Shown: piece by piece, positions 10,880 to 20,533 of the stretch
How the letters are laid out: each line of letters opens with the position of its first letter
Numbering within the stretch: the stretch's first letter is position 1
Source: a virus
DNA: 64,000 bases
Virus record (IMG/VR): IMGVR_UViG_3300044527_000952
Location: 1-64,000 of that record
Direction: 5' to 3' (one strand)
The notes under the pieces: generated by a model
The model's database searches: none
Told to the model about the DNA's origin: nothing
Seen by the model: the letters and a program-made list of their open reading frames with translations, nothing else
Made by a program: the position numbers and the translations under genes

Positions 10880-10883
10880 TATA

Positions 10884-11054
10884 ATGAATTATACGCAACG
10901 TGAATGGGATCGTGTAGTAGGAATTGGTAATCCACCTGAGGATGAATTACACAAACCTGAAAAATTAGAAGATACTAGTACTACTGAAAATACGATAAAC
11001 CCTGATGAAGAAGCAGAGTTATTAAAAAAATTACGTGTTATTAGGGGTATATAA
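10884..11054 (+). CDS. Hypothetical protein
   Basis: ORF MNYTQREWDRVVG.., contiguous in the operon. Confidence 0.55.
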   Translation: MNYTQREWDRVVGIGNPPEDELHKPEKLEDTSTTENTINPDEEAELLKKLRVIRGI

Positions 11055-11162
11055 TGGTAGATCCTGATGATAAATCAACAACAGTATGGTTTTCAGTCAT
11101 TATTGTTACTTTTATTGTAGCTATTATTTTAATATAATAAGACGTATGATCTAAATAGGTTC

Positions 11163-11897
11163 ATGCTTGATCCTACGCAACTTCAACATGATTATTTATA
11201 TAACTTAGGTTACACTGACCCGAACATTGTTGAATATGAAAAAAATGGGCTTTCAGTACGCTTTGAAAACGATAACTATCGATTAGTTCAAGATGGTTCT
11301 ACTTGGATGAACTATCATGTTCCTAGTATGGAACAAGTTTTTCAGCTTTACTATCATTGGAAATTAGCAGAGGGGCATTGTATTTGTACAGGTATGGGGT
11401 TTTTACTTCGTGAAAATTGGTTACTTTCAAAGAAAGAAGTTACTAAAATCACTGTAATTGAAACAAATAGAAATATTATTCAGTATCATTGGGAACACAA
11501 TCCACATATTATGGAGCGATTAAATATTGTAAACATGGATGCCTATAATTACCACGGCTCTTGTGATACTTTATTAATTGATCATTGGGAAGGCTTTAGA
11601 AATAATGATATTACCTGTGGAGATTATTCATATCTTATTAGTCAAAAAATAAAACACAAGCAATTGTGGTTTTGGCCTTTAGATGGAATTATAAGTGGTT
11701 ATTACAGAGATTACTTAGGAATTAATTTAAAAGATTTCTATGATCGTTATAAAAGTTATTTTCAGCTTACGACCTTACCAAATTTAACAGAAGAAGAATT
11801 GTTTCATATTTGTTATGTTTATAATGGTGGTAAGTTTAATTATTGTAACTTTAATAAAAAAACATATCGTTCAGCAATAGAATTGTCTAAATCTTGA
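11163..11897 (+). CDS. Class I SAM-binding (spermidine synthase/methyltransferase-like) protein
   Basis: CTGMGF, KITVIE, IVNMDAY, DTLLIDHW. TAAATA 5 nt upstream. Confidence 0.6.
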   Translation: MLDPTQLQHDYLYNLGYTDPNIVEYEKNGLSVRFENDNYRLVQDGSTWMNYHVPSMEQVFQLYYHWKLAEGHCICTGMGFLLRENWLLSKKEVTKITVIETNRNIIQYHWEHNPHIMERLNIVNMDAYNYHGSCDTLLIDHWEGFRNNDITCGDYSYLISQKIKHKQLWFWPLDGIISGYYRDYLGINLKDFYDRYKSYFQLTTLPNLTEEELFHICYVYNGGKFNYCNFNKKTYRSAIELSKS

Positions 11898-11965
11898 TAT
11901 TGTCATATAAGTTTTTAACCGTTAAAAACTCACATAAATATGATTTTTATTAAAGGAAATGATCA

Positions 11966-13102
11966 ATGATTTTAAATAAGCGAAAGCTTTTTAGTGCGGT
12001 ACTTGCTATAACTGCAGTACTTACGCTTGCAAGTTGCGGTAAGAAAGAAGAAACAGCACCACCTTCATTAGGAAAAGATGCCCCCAAAACCACTGAACCA
12101 CTAAAAGTAGGATTTATTTACGTTGGGCCTGTTGGCGATGCAGGGTGGACATTTGCTCACGACAATGGTCGTAAGCATATTGAAGCTAAGTTTGGTGACA
12201 AAATTAAAACTACGTTTGTAGAGAAAGTACCTGAAGGTGCTGATGCTGAACGTGTTATTCGTGATTTAGTTAGCCAAGGTAATAAACTTATTTTCGCTAC
12301 ATCATTTGGTTTTGGTGATGCTATGGAAAAAGTAGCTAAAGATCATCCTGATGTTAAGTTTGAACATGCAACAGGTTATAAGACTGCAGAAAATTTACGT
12401 GTATATGAAGCTAAATTTTATGAAGATGCTTATATGGCAGGTATTGTTGCAGGTAGTATGACAAAAACTAATACGCTAGGATTTGTAGCGAGCTTCCCTA
12501 TTCCTGAAGTTTTGCGTAATATCAATGCGTTTACTATGGGAGCAAGAAGTGTTAATCCTAAAGTTACTACTAAAGTTGTTTGGGTAAACACATGGTTTGA
12601 TCCACCTAAAGAAGGTGAAGCAGCACAAGCTTTGATCAATCAAAAAGCAGATGTATTGTTACAAAATACAGATTCTACTGCGGTATTGCTTACTGCTGAG
12701 AAAAATGGTAAATTTGCTTTTGGTTGGGATAGTGACATGAGCGCATTTGCTCCTAAAGCACATCTTGGATCAGCCATTGTTAATTGGGGACCATACTACG
12801 AAAAAGCAGTTGGCGAAGTATTAAATGGTACGTGGAAAACTGCGGATACCAAATGGGGAACCAAAGAAGGTGCTAATGATTTAATTAAGATTAATGATGT
12901 TGTTAGCGATACTGCTAAGAAAAAGGTTGAAGAAGTTAAAGCAGGATTAAAAGCAGGTACTTTTGAAGTATTTAAAGGACCACTTAAAGACAATACAGGT
13001 AAAGTTGTATTAGAAAAAGATATGGTTGGTGATGATGCATGGAAAGGTAGGATTAACTTTTACATTGAAGGTGTAGAAGGTAAGATTCCAAGCGGTAAAT
13101 AA
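11966..13102 (+). CDS. BMP-family ABC substrate-binding lipoprotein (purine nucleoside type)
   Basis: Lipobox LASC; GFIYVGPVGDAGWTFAH, IFATSFG, FEHATGYK, PIPEVLRNINAF, WFDP, QNTDS. Confidence 0.92.
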   Translation: MILNKRKLFSAVLAITAVLTLASCGKKEETAPPSLGKDAPKTTEPLKVGFIYVGPVGDAGWTFAHDNGRKHIEAKFGDKIKTTFVEKVPEGADAERVIRDLVSQGNKLIFATSFGFGDAMEKVAKDHPDVKFEHATGYKTAENLRVYEAKFYEDAYMAGIVAGSMTKTNTLGFVASFPIPEVLRNINAFTMGARSVNPKVTTKVVWVNTWFDPPKEGEAAQALINQKADVLLQNTDSTAVLLTAEKNGKFAFGWDSDMSAFAPKAHLGSAIVNWGPYYEKAVGEVLNGTWKTADTKWGTKEGANDLIKINDVVSDTAKKKVEEVKAGLKAGTFEVFKGPLKDNTGKVVLEKDMVGDDAWKGRINFYIEGVEGKIPSGK

Positions 13103-13106
13103 TTAC

Positions 13107-13127
13107 TAGGGGGGGGTTTACCCCCTA
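13107..13127 (+). terminator. GC-rich hairpin, probable terminator
   Basis: taggggg..ttta..cccccta immediately after the stop codon. Confidence 0.55.
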
Positions 13128-13146
13128 ATTAATTATAGGGATTTAT

Positions 13147-13362
13147 GTGAATAATTATCATATAAGATATAATACACAGCATGCTGAATCTGATTTAGTA
13201 TGGCGCATTTTTGAAAATGGTACAGAACATTTAGTAAAAAACTTTCATATCACTGTGCCAATGTATGGTGAATCGACCATAGAAAATGGTATACAAAAAT
13301 GGAACGTAGCATGCAAAGGTGTAATGAAAATTGTTGATGGTGTAGCGATTATTGAACCTTAA
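13147..13362 (+). CDS. Hypothetical protein
   Basis: 71-aa ORF, start uncertain. Confidence 0.6.
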   Translation: MNNYHIRYNTQHAESDLVWRIFENGTEHLVKNFHITVPMYGESTIENGIQKWNVACKGVMKIVDGVAIIEP

Positions 13363-13394
13363 TACTTTACAGTTTATAGAAATAAATATATACT

Positions 13395-13699
13395 GTAAGT
13401 TATTGTTGTATGAAGTTGATGGAAAAGTATTGCGGACGGGGCTTCGATGCCCCCTGGTCCACCAAGTATGCTAGTACGGTAGCAATAGTGTGAGTGACTA
13501 CTGTCTTGTGCGAGTCAAGACCATACCTTATGGGCCAGACATGGTTTCGACGGGGTAACAAGTACTAATATGGACAACACGATAGGCGAAGAACGTAATT
13601 CTAGCAAATCAAATAATCGCAAATGACGATTACTTTGGAGAAGTTCGCTTAGCTGCGTAACCTCCACGAGGTAGGAAAGACCTTGTAACCAAACCCACC
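13395..13699 (+). ncRNA. ssrA: Two-piece (circularly permuted) tmRNA gene
   Basis: T-arm ggggc-ttcgat-gcccc and 3' acceptor strand ctggtcc-ACCA (ends 13464) lie upstream of the 5' end GGGCCAG..ggtttcgac (starts 13532). The 7-bp stem has G3:U. Tag frame 13619-13660 encodes ANDDYFGEVRLAA*. Outer ends are approximate. Confidence 0.92.
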
Positions 13700-13727
13700 A
13701 ATAGGGGCATTCGTGCCCCTATTTTTT
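13700..13727 (+). terminator. Rho-independent terminator of ssrA
   Basis: aataggggca-ttcg-tgcccctatt followed by a T tract. Confidence 0.9.
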
Positions 13728-13784
13728 GTTTATAGTAGAGTTTATGAATAAATACATACCTTACTTATTAAAAAGGACACACTC

Positions 13785-14702
13785 ATGGCTAAAGGCGCAA
13801 CAACAATTACAATTAAAGACAATCCAATTAATGAAACATATAATAACGTTACAGGACTTACAGGTGGTACAGATCTTGGAGCGAAATTTGATGTAGTAAA
13901 AACTGATGGTACATATGCAGTTACTCTTGATTCAGCACCAACTAGCGCAGGTGCAGGATATCAAGCAGGAGATACCATTACAATTCTCGGAACAGATCTT
14001 GGTGGTGCTTCTCCACAAAATAACTTAATTGTTACCGTAGGCACTGTAGGCGTAGGCGGTAAAGTTGCTACTTTTGGTACAGTTGGCAGTGGTCGAGTTG
14101 GTGATGGTGTTATTGATATTAATATCGATATTGAAGGTTCAACAGGCATTGATGCATATCGTGTATATGGTGATAGCACTGATTACGGTATTTCATACGA
14201 TGAAGGTGATATTATTGCTACAAGCCATTTAGTTCCAAATTTGACTTTTACAATGCATGATCACGAACGTGTACAATTTGATGATAAACATCTTGCATTT
14301 GACACTGTTGATAGTGATTTAGGACAAATTATTGCATTAATGGCTGCAGCAATTGGTGAGGATGATGTTACACCTGAATATATTGGTGCAGGTATGTACT
14401 TGAGAGAAACACTTGGTTGGAGCATTAAAGAAATTGCTGCAAAAATTTTAACAAGTGATGAATATTTAGATGATGCAGGTGATGCAAAAAATGCAACATT
14501 TGCTAAACACGTATGGAAAAATACATTTGGTCGTGATGGTACATATGATGAAATTGCTATGGTAGTAGAAGTTATCGAAAAGCATGGTTATTCACAGGCT
14601 GATGTGCTCATGGTTGCTGCAAGTCGTGAAGAATTATTAAATGTAATTGATTTAGTTGGTATGCAAACTACAGGTGTAGAATACGTTCCATTCGGTGGTT
14701 AA
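13785..14702 (+). CDS. Acidic Gly/Thr-rich protein with DUF4214/S-layer-like C-terminal domain
   Basis: HERVQFDDKHLAFD, NATFAKHVWKNTFGR, IDLVGMQTTGVEY resemble proteobacterial surface proteins. N-terminal GAGYQAGDTITI beta motif. Confidence 0.6.
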   Translation: MAKGATTITIKDNPINETYNNVTGLTGGTDLGAKFDVVKTDGTYAVTLDSAPTSAGAGYQAGDTITILGTDLGGASPQNNLIVTVGTVGVGGKVATFGTVGSGRVGDGVIDINIDIEGSTGIDAYRVYGDSTDYGISYDEGDIIATSHLVPNLTFTMHDHERVQFDDKHLAFDTVDSDLGQIIALMAAAIGEDDVTPEYIGAGMYLRETLGWSIKEIAAKILTSDEYLDDAGDAKNATFAKHVWKNTFGRDGTYDEIAMVVEVIEKHGYSQADVLMVAASREELLNVIDLVGMQTTGVEYVPFGG

Positions 14703-14722
14703 TTATTTTTTGTAGTATTTTA

Positions 14723-14747
14723 GAGGCACCTTCGGGTGCCTTTTTTT
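14723..14747 (+). terminator. Rho-independent terminator
   Basis: aggcacc-ttcg-ggtgcct followed by a T run. Confidence 0.9.
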
Positions 14748-14774
14748 ATAAATATCTTACGATAGGAGATATTT

Positions 14775-15200
14775 ATGTACATTTATCGTTGTAGAATTAA
14801 CAAGGTTGTAGATGGTGATACCGTTGAAATAGATTTGGATCTTGGTTTCAACATTATATTAGCTAATCAAAAAGTACGTATGGCAGGTATTGATACACCT
14901 GAAAGTAGAACATCTATAACTGAAGAAAAAGAACGTGGTTTATTATCAAAGAAAAAACTAGCAGAAAAATTACCTGTTGGTAGTTGGCAACGTATTCAAA
15001 CTATGAAAGCAGATAGTAACGATGATAAATTTGGTCGTATACTAGGTGTTTTTGTTATGGAAGATGGCATGAGTTTAAATCAATGGATGATTGATAATAA
15101 CTATGCTGTATTATATCAAGGCGAAAATAAAGAACTAGTACAAGAAGGTCATCGTTATAATAAACAAAAGTTAATTGAAAGGGGTGAATTAAAGGGCTAA
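14775..15200 (+). CDS. Thermonuclease (SNase) family nuclease
   Basis: VVDGDTV, VRMAGIDTPE, DKFGRILG. Confidence 0.9.
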   Translation: MYIYRCRINKVVDGDTVEIDLDLGFNIILANQKVRMAGIDTPESRTSITEEKERGLLSKKKLAEKLPVGSWQRIQTMKADSNDDKFGRILGVFVMEDGMSLNQWMIDNNYAVLYQGENKELVQEGHRYNKQKLIERGELKG

Positions 15201-15210
15201 ATACCCGCAC

Positions 15211-16530
15211 ATGAAACCCATAACTTTCTTATATGATCAAGAACCATTTGTAGAAACAGATGGTTCTTATTTTAGTAAACAACTAAACGCACATATACCA
15301 ATTAATGGTTTAAGTATAGGACAAATTAAAAAAGCAAATACAGAAAAATTAGCAATGTTGCAACAACGACATACTATTGGATTATTTGCAAAAGAAGTTT
15401 TCTTACCTATACCACATATCTTATCATATCATTGTGAAGTAAAACATTGTTCAATAAATTCAGCTAATGGTAAAGCTATTTACGAATTGCGAGTACGTGC
15501 CCCTTTAGAATTCATTGAATATTGTGAATCCAATGAAAATGTTCTTAAATTATTACCATCGAATTTAGTTGATTCTATTAACTATGGGAGTACATTACTT
15601 TTATATAAAGAAATGCAAGATTATAGTTATGAAACAAATAAGTTCTTACGATTAAAAACTCTTTTTATAGATGCAGGTATAGACATAAACAATGTTATCA
15701 TATTATCTAATGAGTGCCATAAAACTATTGACACTTATGATATGAACGTCATCTTTTGGGATTTTTATCAAAGTGTTGTGCGCTATGATATGCCCTATGA
15801 TTTACAAACAGTAAACCAACATTATGATTACAGAATAAACAATGATAGTAAACGGTTTATATGTTTAAATCGTGTACCAAGATCACAACGAGTTGCATTT
15901 GTTTATTTTTTATACGCACAGAAGTTATTAAAATATTTTAATGCAAGTTTGTCTAATTTAATGGAATTTACCGGAGATACTAAGAAAAGATCTTTTAATT
16001 ATGCCACTCCGCTTATGAAGTCTATTGTGACTTATAACGAAGCAAATTTTGAAAAATTTAAAAAAATATTACCATTACAATATGATCAAGATGACCCTAT
16101 GAAGTTTTGGAGTTGGGATATTTACAATGAAAACATGTGTAAAAATAATCATATCTTTATTGTAACCGAAACATGGTGGAATGAAAAACCATTACCTATA
16201 TTAACAGAAAAAACTTTTAAATCAATTGCATTAAAGATGCCATTTATTTTACTCGCACAACCACATTCATTATCTAAACTTAAACGTGATGGTTATCAAA
16301 CATTCAGTGAATTATGGGATGAAAGTTATGACAGTGAGGAAGATGATGTAAAAAGATTTACTAAGGTATGTGCATTAGTTAAAAAACTATGTAGTATGTC
16401 AGATACAGCTTTTATGAGCATGATTGCAAAAAGCAAATCAATAGTAGATTATAATTATGACATACTAAAAAATAATACAAAAGATCAAGAAATAGTAGAC
16501 AATTTAATTAAATGGAACAATACTCCTTAG
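15211..16530 (+). CDS. Putative glycosyltransferase-like protein
   Basis: FICLNR..R, IVTET, LTEKTFKSI..PFI, GYQTF..WDESYD motifs, typical of phage GT-B/GT10-like proteins. Confidence 0.55.
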   Translation: MKPITFLYDQEPFVETDGSYFSKQLNAHIPINGLSIGQIKKANTEKLAMLQQRHTIGLFAKEVFLPIPHILSYHCEVKHCSINSANGKAIYELRVRAPLEFIEYCESNENVLKLLPSNLVDSINYGSTLLLYKEMQDYSYETNKFLRLKTLFIDAGIDINNVIILSNECHKTIDTYDMNVIFWDFYQSVVRYDMPYDLQTVNQHYDYRINNDSKRFICLNRVPRSQRVAFVYFLYAQKLLKYFNASLSNLMEFTGDTKKRSFNYATPLMKSIVTYNEANFEKFKKILPLQYDQDDPMKFWSWDIYNENMCKNNHIFIVTETWWNEKPLPILTEKTFKSIALKMPFILLAQPHSLSKLKRDGYQTFSELWDESYDSEEDDVKRFTKVCALVKKLCSMSDTAFMSMIAKSKSIVDYNYDILKNNTKDQEIVDNLIKWNNTP

Positions 16531-17537
16531 TTGCAAGATGGCTACAAGGTCATATCCCTAAAAAAATATTACCATGGCAAATAGATATTGATACAACTAA
16601 TATTTGTAATCAAGATTGCTATTATTGTTACACAAGTGATTTTAGAGAACAACAACCTGTATATCAAACGTCTGAACAATACATTAAGTTAATAGATCAA
16701 TTGTACCATTGGAGTGAACATGATCCAAACACAATTGGTACCATATCAAATGTTATATTCAGTGGAGGAGGTGAGCCAACATTGTTACCACGTTACGAGG
16801 AAGTAATTGAGCATACGATTGATTGTGGTTATGTTGCTGCCATGAATACCAATGGAACAAAACTAGATAAGTTATTAACTATATCACCACATAAACTTAA
16901 ACGTATGGCATATATAGGGTTAGACATTGATAGCGCAATTGAATATACATATGAAGAAATTAGACGTAGTAAAATGACTCAGAGTCCTTTTAGTAAGGTT
17001 AAAGAAATAGCTAAAGAGTTAGGAAAAATGGGCGCACCTATTGATATCAAAGCATTGCTTATGCCACAAAATACAACTGATGATGAAATACGAGCACTAG
17101 TATTATATGCAAAAGAAGTTAATGCTAGAGAGATACATGCTAGACCTGTTGTATTAAATGAAGAATGTTTTACTGTTACACCTAGTATAATAAAAACATT
17201 TGAGCATTATGCGTCTATTTATAACGTTAAAGTTGATATAAGGTTGGCAAGAATAGGTGCACGAGATTATAAACAATGTCATCAATTTTTTCTATTTCCA
17301 TCATTCTCTGCTGATGGTAAAATTTATGTATGTTGTGAATATAAAGGTAGGAAAGATATTTGTTTAGGATCGTGGGTAGATGATGATTGGCGTGATTTGT
17401 GGTGTGGTGAAAAACACAAAGAAATATATAAACATTTCAAGACTGTTTTTTGCAGACCATGTAGACCAAACCACACCAATAATCAAATAGAATATGCCTT
17501 AAAAGATTATAACAAAGTATTACGTGGTTTTATATAA
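16512..17537 (+). CDS. Radical SAM protein with C-terminal SPASM/twitch domain
   Basis: CNQDCYYC, SGGGEPT, NTNG, C-terminal C..DGKIYVCC..CRPC. Confidence 0.9.
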   Translation: MEQYSLVARWLQGHIPKKILPWQIDIDTTNICNQDCYYCYTSDFREQQPVYQTSEQYIKLIDQLYHWSEHDPNTIGTISNVIFSGGGEPTLLPRYEEVIEHTIDCGYVAAMNTNGTKLDKLLTISPHKLKRMAYIGLDIDSAIEYTYEEIRRSKMTQSPFSKVKEIAKELGKMGAPIDIKALLMPQNTTDDEIRALVLYAKEVNAREIHARPVVLNEECFTVTPSIIKTFEHYASIYNVKVDIRLARIGARDYKQCHQFFLFPSFSADGKIYVCCEYKGRKDICLGSWVDDDWRDLWCGEKHKEIYKHFKTVFCRPCRPNHTNNQIEYALKDYNKVLRGFI

Positions 17538-18294
17538 GTGAAGATACTTGATCACTTATTGTAAATGCCCATGACTCTGTTACATATTTTATGTAATAAT
17601 CAAATGGAATATGGCAATAACCAACCATGCCCCATTCTTCACCCCATACATTTTTAGCTATAAAATATTGTTCATCAATGTTATAACCTACTAATACCAT
17701 AGTATGTAGTCCATAATATAACTGACCAAATTTTGGGTGTTTTACATGATAATTATCTTTATTATATCCAAGAAAATCTTCGTAAATGTTGATACCAATT
17801 ACAGGTGGTTTATTAACTGATATAGAATCTACTGCATCATTTATGTTATATAGTGAATAATATTCTGTGATATAACGATACTTTGCATCTTCGTAAGCAG
17901 CATCGCTAGGTTTTTCATCGACTTTAGTTAGGTCATAGGGCCATAATTTTTCGTCACATGCACCGTAGTAATATACTGCACGTAATCCGCTGCGTAATGA
18001 TATACTGTAGTCTTGTGCAGATACACCTTCTAAGTAACGTGCATTATAGAAAATAAACAAACTACTTAAATCCACATATTTGTCAGGATAATAATACATT
18101 AATTGCATTTGGTAAGAATCTGCAATAACTTTACCTACGCTAGTACCAATATAATTTGGATTTTCTATAATATCACTTTTACGTAAATCCATCGTTTCTC
18201 TTGTTGGAACACGTGGTTTTTTAAACCTAAAATCACGCTTATCGTATCTACTAGGTTTAACTGTAAACTTTTTAAGTAATTTAATATCAATCAT
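17530..18294 (-). CDS. Papain-like (C1A) peptidase homologue, catalytic Cys apparently substituted
   Basis: D.RDF, DLR, LSSLFIFYNAR, YGACDEKLWPY, HTMVLVGY, KNVWGEEWG..GY. The QxxxGSC site reads PNYIGTS. Confidence 0.8.
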   Translation of the reverse strand: MIDIKLLKKFTVKPSRYDKRDFRFKKPRVPTRETMDLRKSDIIENPNYIGTSVGKVIADSYQMQLMYYYPDKYVDLSSLFIFYNARYLEGVSAQDYSISLRSGLRAVYYYGACDEKLWPYDLTKVDEKPSDAAYEDAKYRYITEYYSLYNINDAVDSISVNKPPVIGINIYEDFLGYNKDNYHVKHPKFGQLYYGLHTMVLVGYNIDEQYFIAKNVWGEEWGMVGYCHIPFDYYIKYVTESWAFTISDQVSSLI

Positions 18295-19016
18295 ATTATC
18301 CACCAATTACCTGCACGTGAAACTAAGCTTACACTTTGATAAGGTGTACTAATAATATAATTTGCCTTATTATCAATTTTTTGAACACCCGTTGGAGTAA
18401 TTGTAATTTTACCACTACCTTGACCAAACTCATCTTTAATAGTATAAACACGCCCATCAAATCCTGATGGTAAAGTAACTGTTACAGCATTTGCAGAACT
18501 TACGCCAATGTACTCATCCATTACATCTGCGGTATAATTTGCTGATATGCCTACAACATTAATTAAATCAGCACCAAAACTACTAATAGTAATATTTCCT
18601 GTATTGGCTGTTAATGATATACCACTTCCTGCGGTTAGTTGTAATACACCTGTATTAGTTACCGTAAAAGAAGCAGCATAACCATTACTAACTACATTAG
18701 ATAACGCAATACCTGCACCATTAGAAGGAGTAACGCTAGTAACTACTAGTGCTCCATTTGCAGTTAAATTACCTGAAAAACTTCCATTATTACCAACTAA
18801 GTTACCACTTACATTTGCATTGTCTGCATTTAATGTAGTGATGTTACCTGTATTTGCTGTAAGTAAGTTACTAACATTAGCATTAAAGAATGTTACGTTT
18901 GCGTTAGGTGATAAATCTTGTGATAAAGAAATTACACCATTAGATACGTTGATGTAGTTTCCAACTTCTACAACACCGTAATCTGTTGTTGATCCAAAGG
19001 GGGCTAGGTATGACAT
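18291..19016 (-). CDS. Fibre-like protein (Asn/Gly-rich beta repeats, phage fibre C-terminal domain)
   Basis: ANV/GN repeats, GVLQLTAGSGISL, C-terminal YIGV..VTLP..IKDE..ID..GNWWII. Confidence 0.65.
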   Translation of the reverse strand: MSYLAPFGSTTDYGVVEVGNYINVSNGVISLSQDLSPNANVTFFNANVSNLLTANTGNITTLNADNANVSGNLVGNNGSFSGNLTANGALVVTSVTPSNGAGIALSNVVSNGYAASFTVTNTGVLQLTAGSGISLTANTGNITISSFGADLINVVGISANYTADVMDEYIGVSSANAVTVTLPSGFDGRVYTIKDEFGQGSGKITITPTGVQKIDNKANYIISTPYQSVSLVSRAGNWWII

Positions 19017-19028
19017 TTTTAATTTTCC

Positions 19029-19706
19029 TTATATAATATACCAATTTCCATCACGACAAAACAAATTAATGGTTTGCCATGGCACTTCCATAACGTAGGT
19101 TGTATTGCCATCAATCGTGCTGCCATCTGATGTAGCAATAGTAACTTTACGATTGCCTAATGGTGGACCCATTTCAGCTTTTATAATAATTTCGTCACAA
19201 GTTGCGCAATTTGCGGGTAATGTGATAGTAGTCGGTCTATCACTATTAACGCCAATATAGTAATCATCCATTTGAGCAATGTAGTCTTGTGATACCAAAA
19301 TTGCCTTGCACTCGCAACTACAGTTTCCAGGCGGTCCAATAGGTCCTTGAGGCCCTGGTTCGCCTGGAGGACCTTGCTCTCCACGTTCGCCAATCGGTCC
19401 TTGATCTCCCTTAGGTCCTTGTTCTCCACTTGGTCCAACCTCGCCTTGATCTCCTTTAGGTCCTTGCTCACCTTGCGGACCTGGGGGTCCAGGGGGTCCA
19501 GGTGGTCCTGGGGGGCATTTGTCACATTCATCTCCATTATTATTAATTATAACGGTATCGTTACCTGCACCTGTATCAATAGGTATTTTCCCACCTGCTA
19601 GCTGTAACTGTGCATTTTGTAATAGTTTTGGATTTACAGGTTTACCATCAGTTAATGCAAGTAATGCTTGTTGTAGTTCAATAAGTCTACGATCATGTCC
19701 GTCCAT
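19029..19706 (-). CDS. Collagen-like protein with the same C-terminal domain as 18291..19016
   Basis: About 20 GXY triplets flanked by Cys clusters (CDKC, CSCEC). C-terminal YIGV..ITLP..IDG..GNWYII. Confidence 0.85.
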   Translation of the reverse strand: MDGHDRRLIELQQALLALTDGKPVNPKLLQNAQLQLAGGKIPIDTGAGNDTVIINNNGDECDKCPPGPPGPPGPPGPQGEQGPKGDQGEVGPSGEQGPKGDQGPIGERGEQGPPGEPGPQGPIGPPGNCSCECKAILVSQDYIAQMDDYYIGVNSDRPTTITLPANCATCDEIIIKAEMGPPLGNRKVTIATSDGSTIDGNTTYVMEVPWQTINLFCRDGNWYII

Positions 19707-19723
19707 AATAACTCCTTTTAAAC

Positions 19724-19759
19724 AAGGGCAACTTCCTTGTGAGAAGTTACCCCTGCCTT
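19724..19759 (-). terminator. Hairpin between the coiled-coil gene and the collagen gene
   Basis: agggcaacttc..gaagttaccc inverted repeat. Confidence 0.5.
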
Positions 19760-19778
19760 AGCACAACAATGTTATAGA

Positions 19779-20447
19779 TTAGCCAACGTTATTGCTTGTG
19801 GCTCTTTGACCAACACCTAATTGTGTTCCAAAGTTAACCATGCTATTACGAGCATCACTTAATTGACTACCAAAAGCTTGAATTTGTGACTGTAGAGCAG
19901 CCCACTGACCTTGATTTTGAGACTGTTCAGCGTGATATCTCCAATGACGGTGACCTTCACGCTCTTCAACGATTTCAGCATTACGCTCAATTAACATACG
20001 ATTTAAATCTTGTGTTTTTAAATCATTGATAAGTGCACGTGTTGCCTCAGCTTGATTGTCAATCTTGTCGCTCAAGTAGGTTGACTGTTGCTGTATAGCA
20101 ACTTGTGTCTTAAGTGCGTTGATTTCAGCATCTTTAGCTGCGCCCATGAAACCAGCAACCATGGCCTGTTGTGCTGAAATAATTTGAGCACGAATATCTT
20201 GTGTGTCACGAGCTACATCAAAGAACCTTGCGTCAAGACGATCAGCATTACGATCTACATCTGATGTAACTCTTGCTGTTGAATCTGAGACACGCTGATT
20301 AATATCAAATCGTGCGTCTTTGATAGCACCTTGTGTGTTATAGTCGCCTTTTAGGCCTTCTTTAACGATTTCATTGGTATGCTCTACTGCTTCACGACGA
20401 ATATCGCTATGTTGATCGGCCAAATAATTTGTATCTACTTCTGCCAT
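19779..20447 (-). CDS. Gln/Ala-rich coiled-coil protein of unknown function
   Basis: Strong SD (aggag), amphipathic helical periodicity, motif I..Q.EATRALI..L...L. Confidence 0.75.
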   Translation of the reverse strand: MAEVDTNYLADQHSDIRREAVEHTNEIVKEGLKGDYNTQGAIKDARFDINQRVSDSTARVTSDVDRNADRLDARFFDVARDTQDIRAQIISAQQAMVAGFMGAAKDAEINALKTQVAIQQQSTYLSDKIDNQAEATRALINDLKTQDLNRMLIERNAEIVEEREGHRHWRYHAEQSQNQGQWAALQSQIQAFGSQLSDARNSMVNFGTQLGVGQRATSNNVG

Positions 20448-20533
20448 TTTTTTCTCCTAGGTTAATGAAGATTCCAATCTTCAATAGTACTTAAGAGAAT
20501 TTTCGGCGTTATTTTCTATAATTTAGGACATAT

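Noticed and set aside
13431-13464. tRNA gene suggested by the T-arm and CCA
   Set aside because: There is no upstream acceptor strand, D-arm or anticodon arm. The complementary strand lies downstream with a tag frame, so this is a permuted tmRNA.
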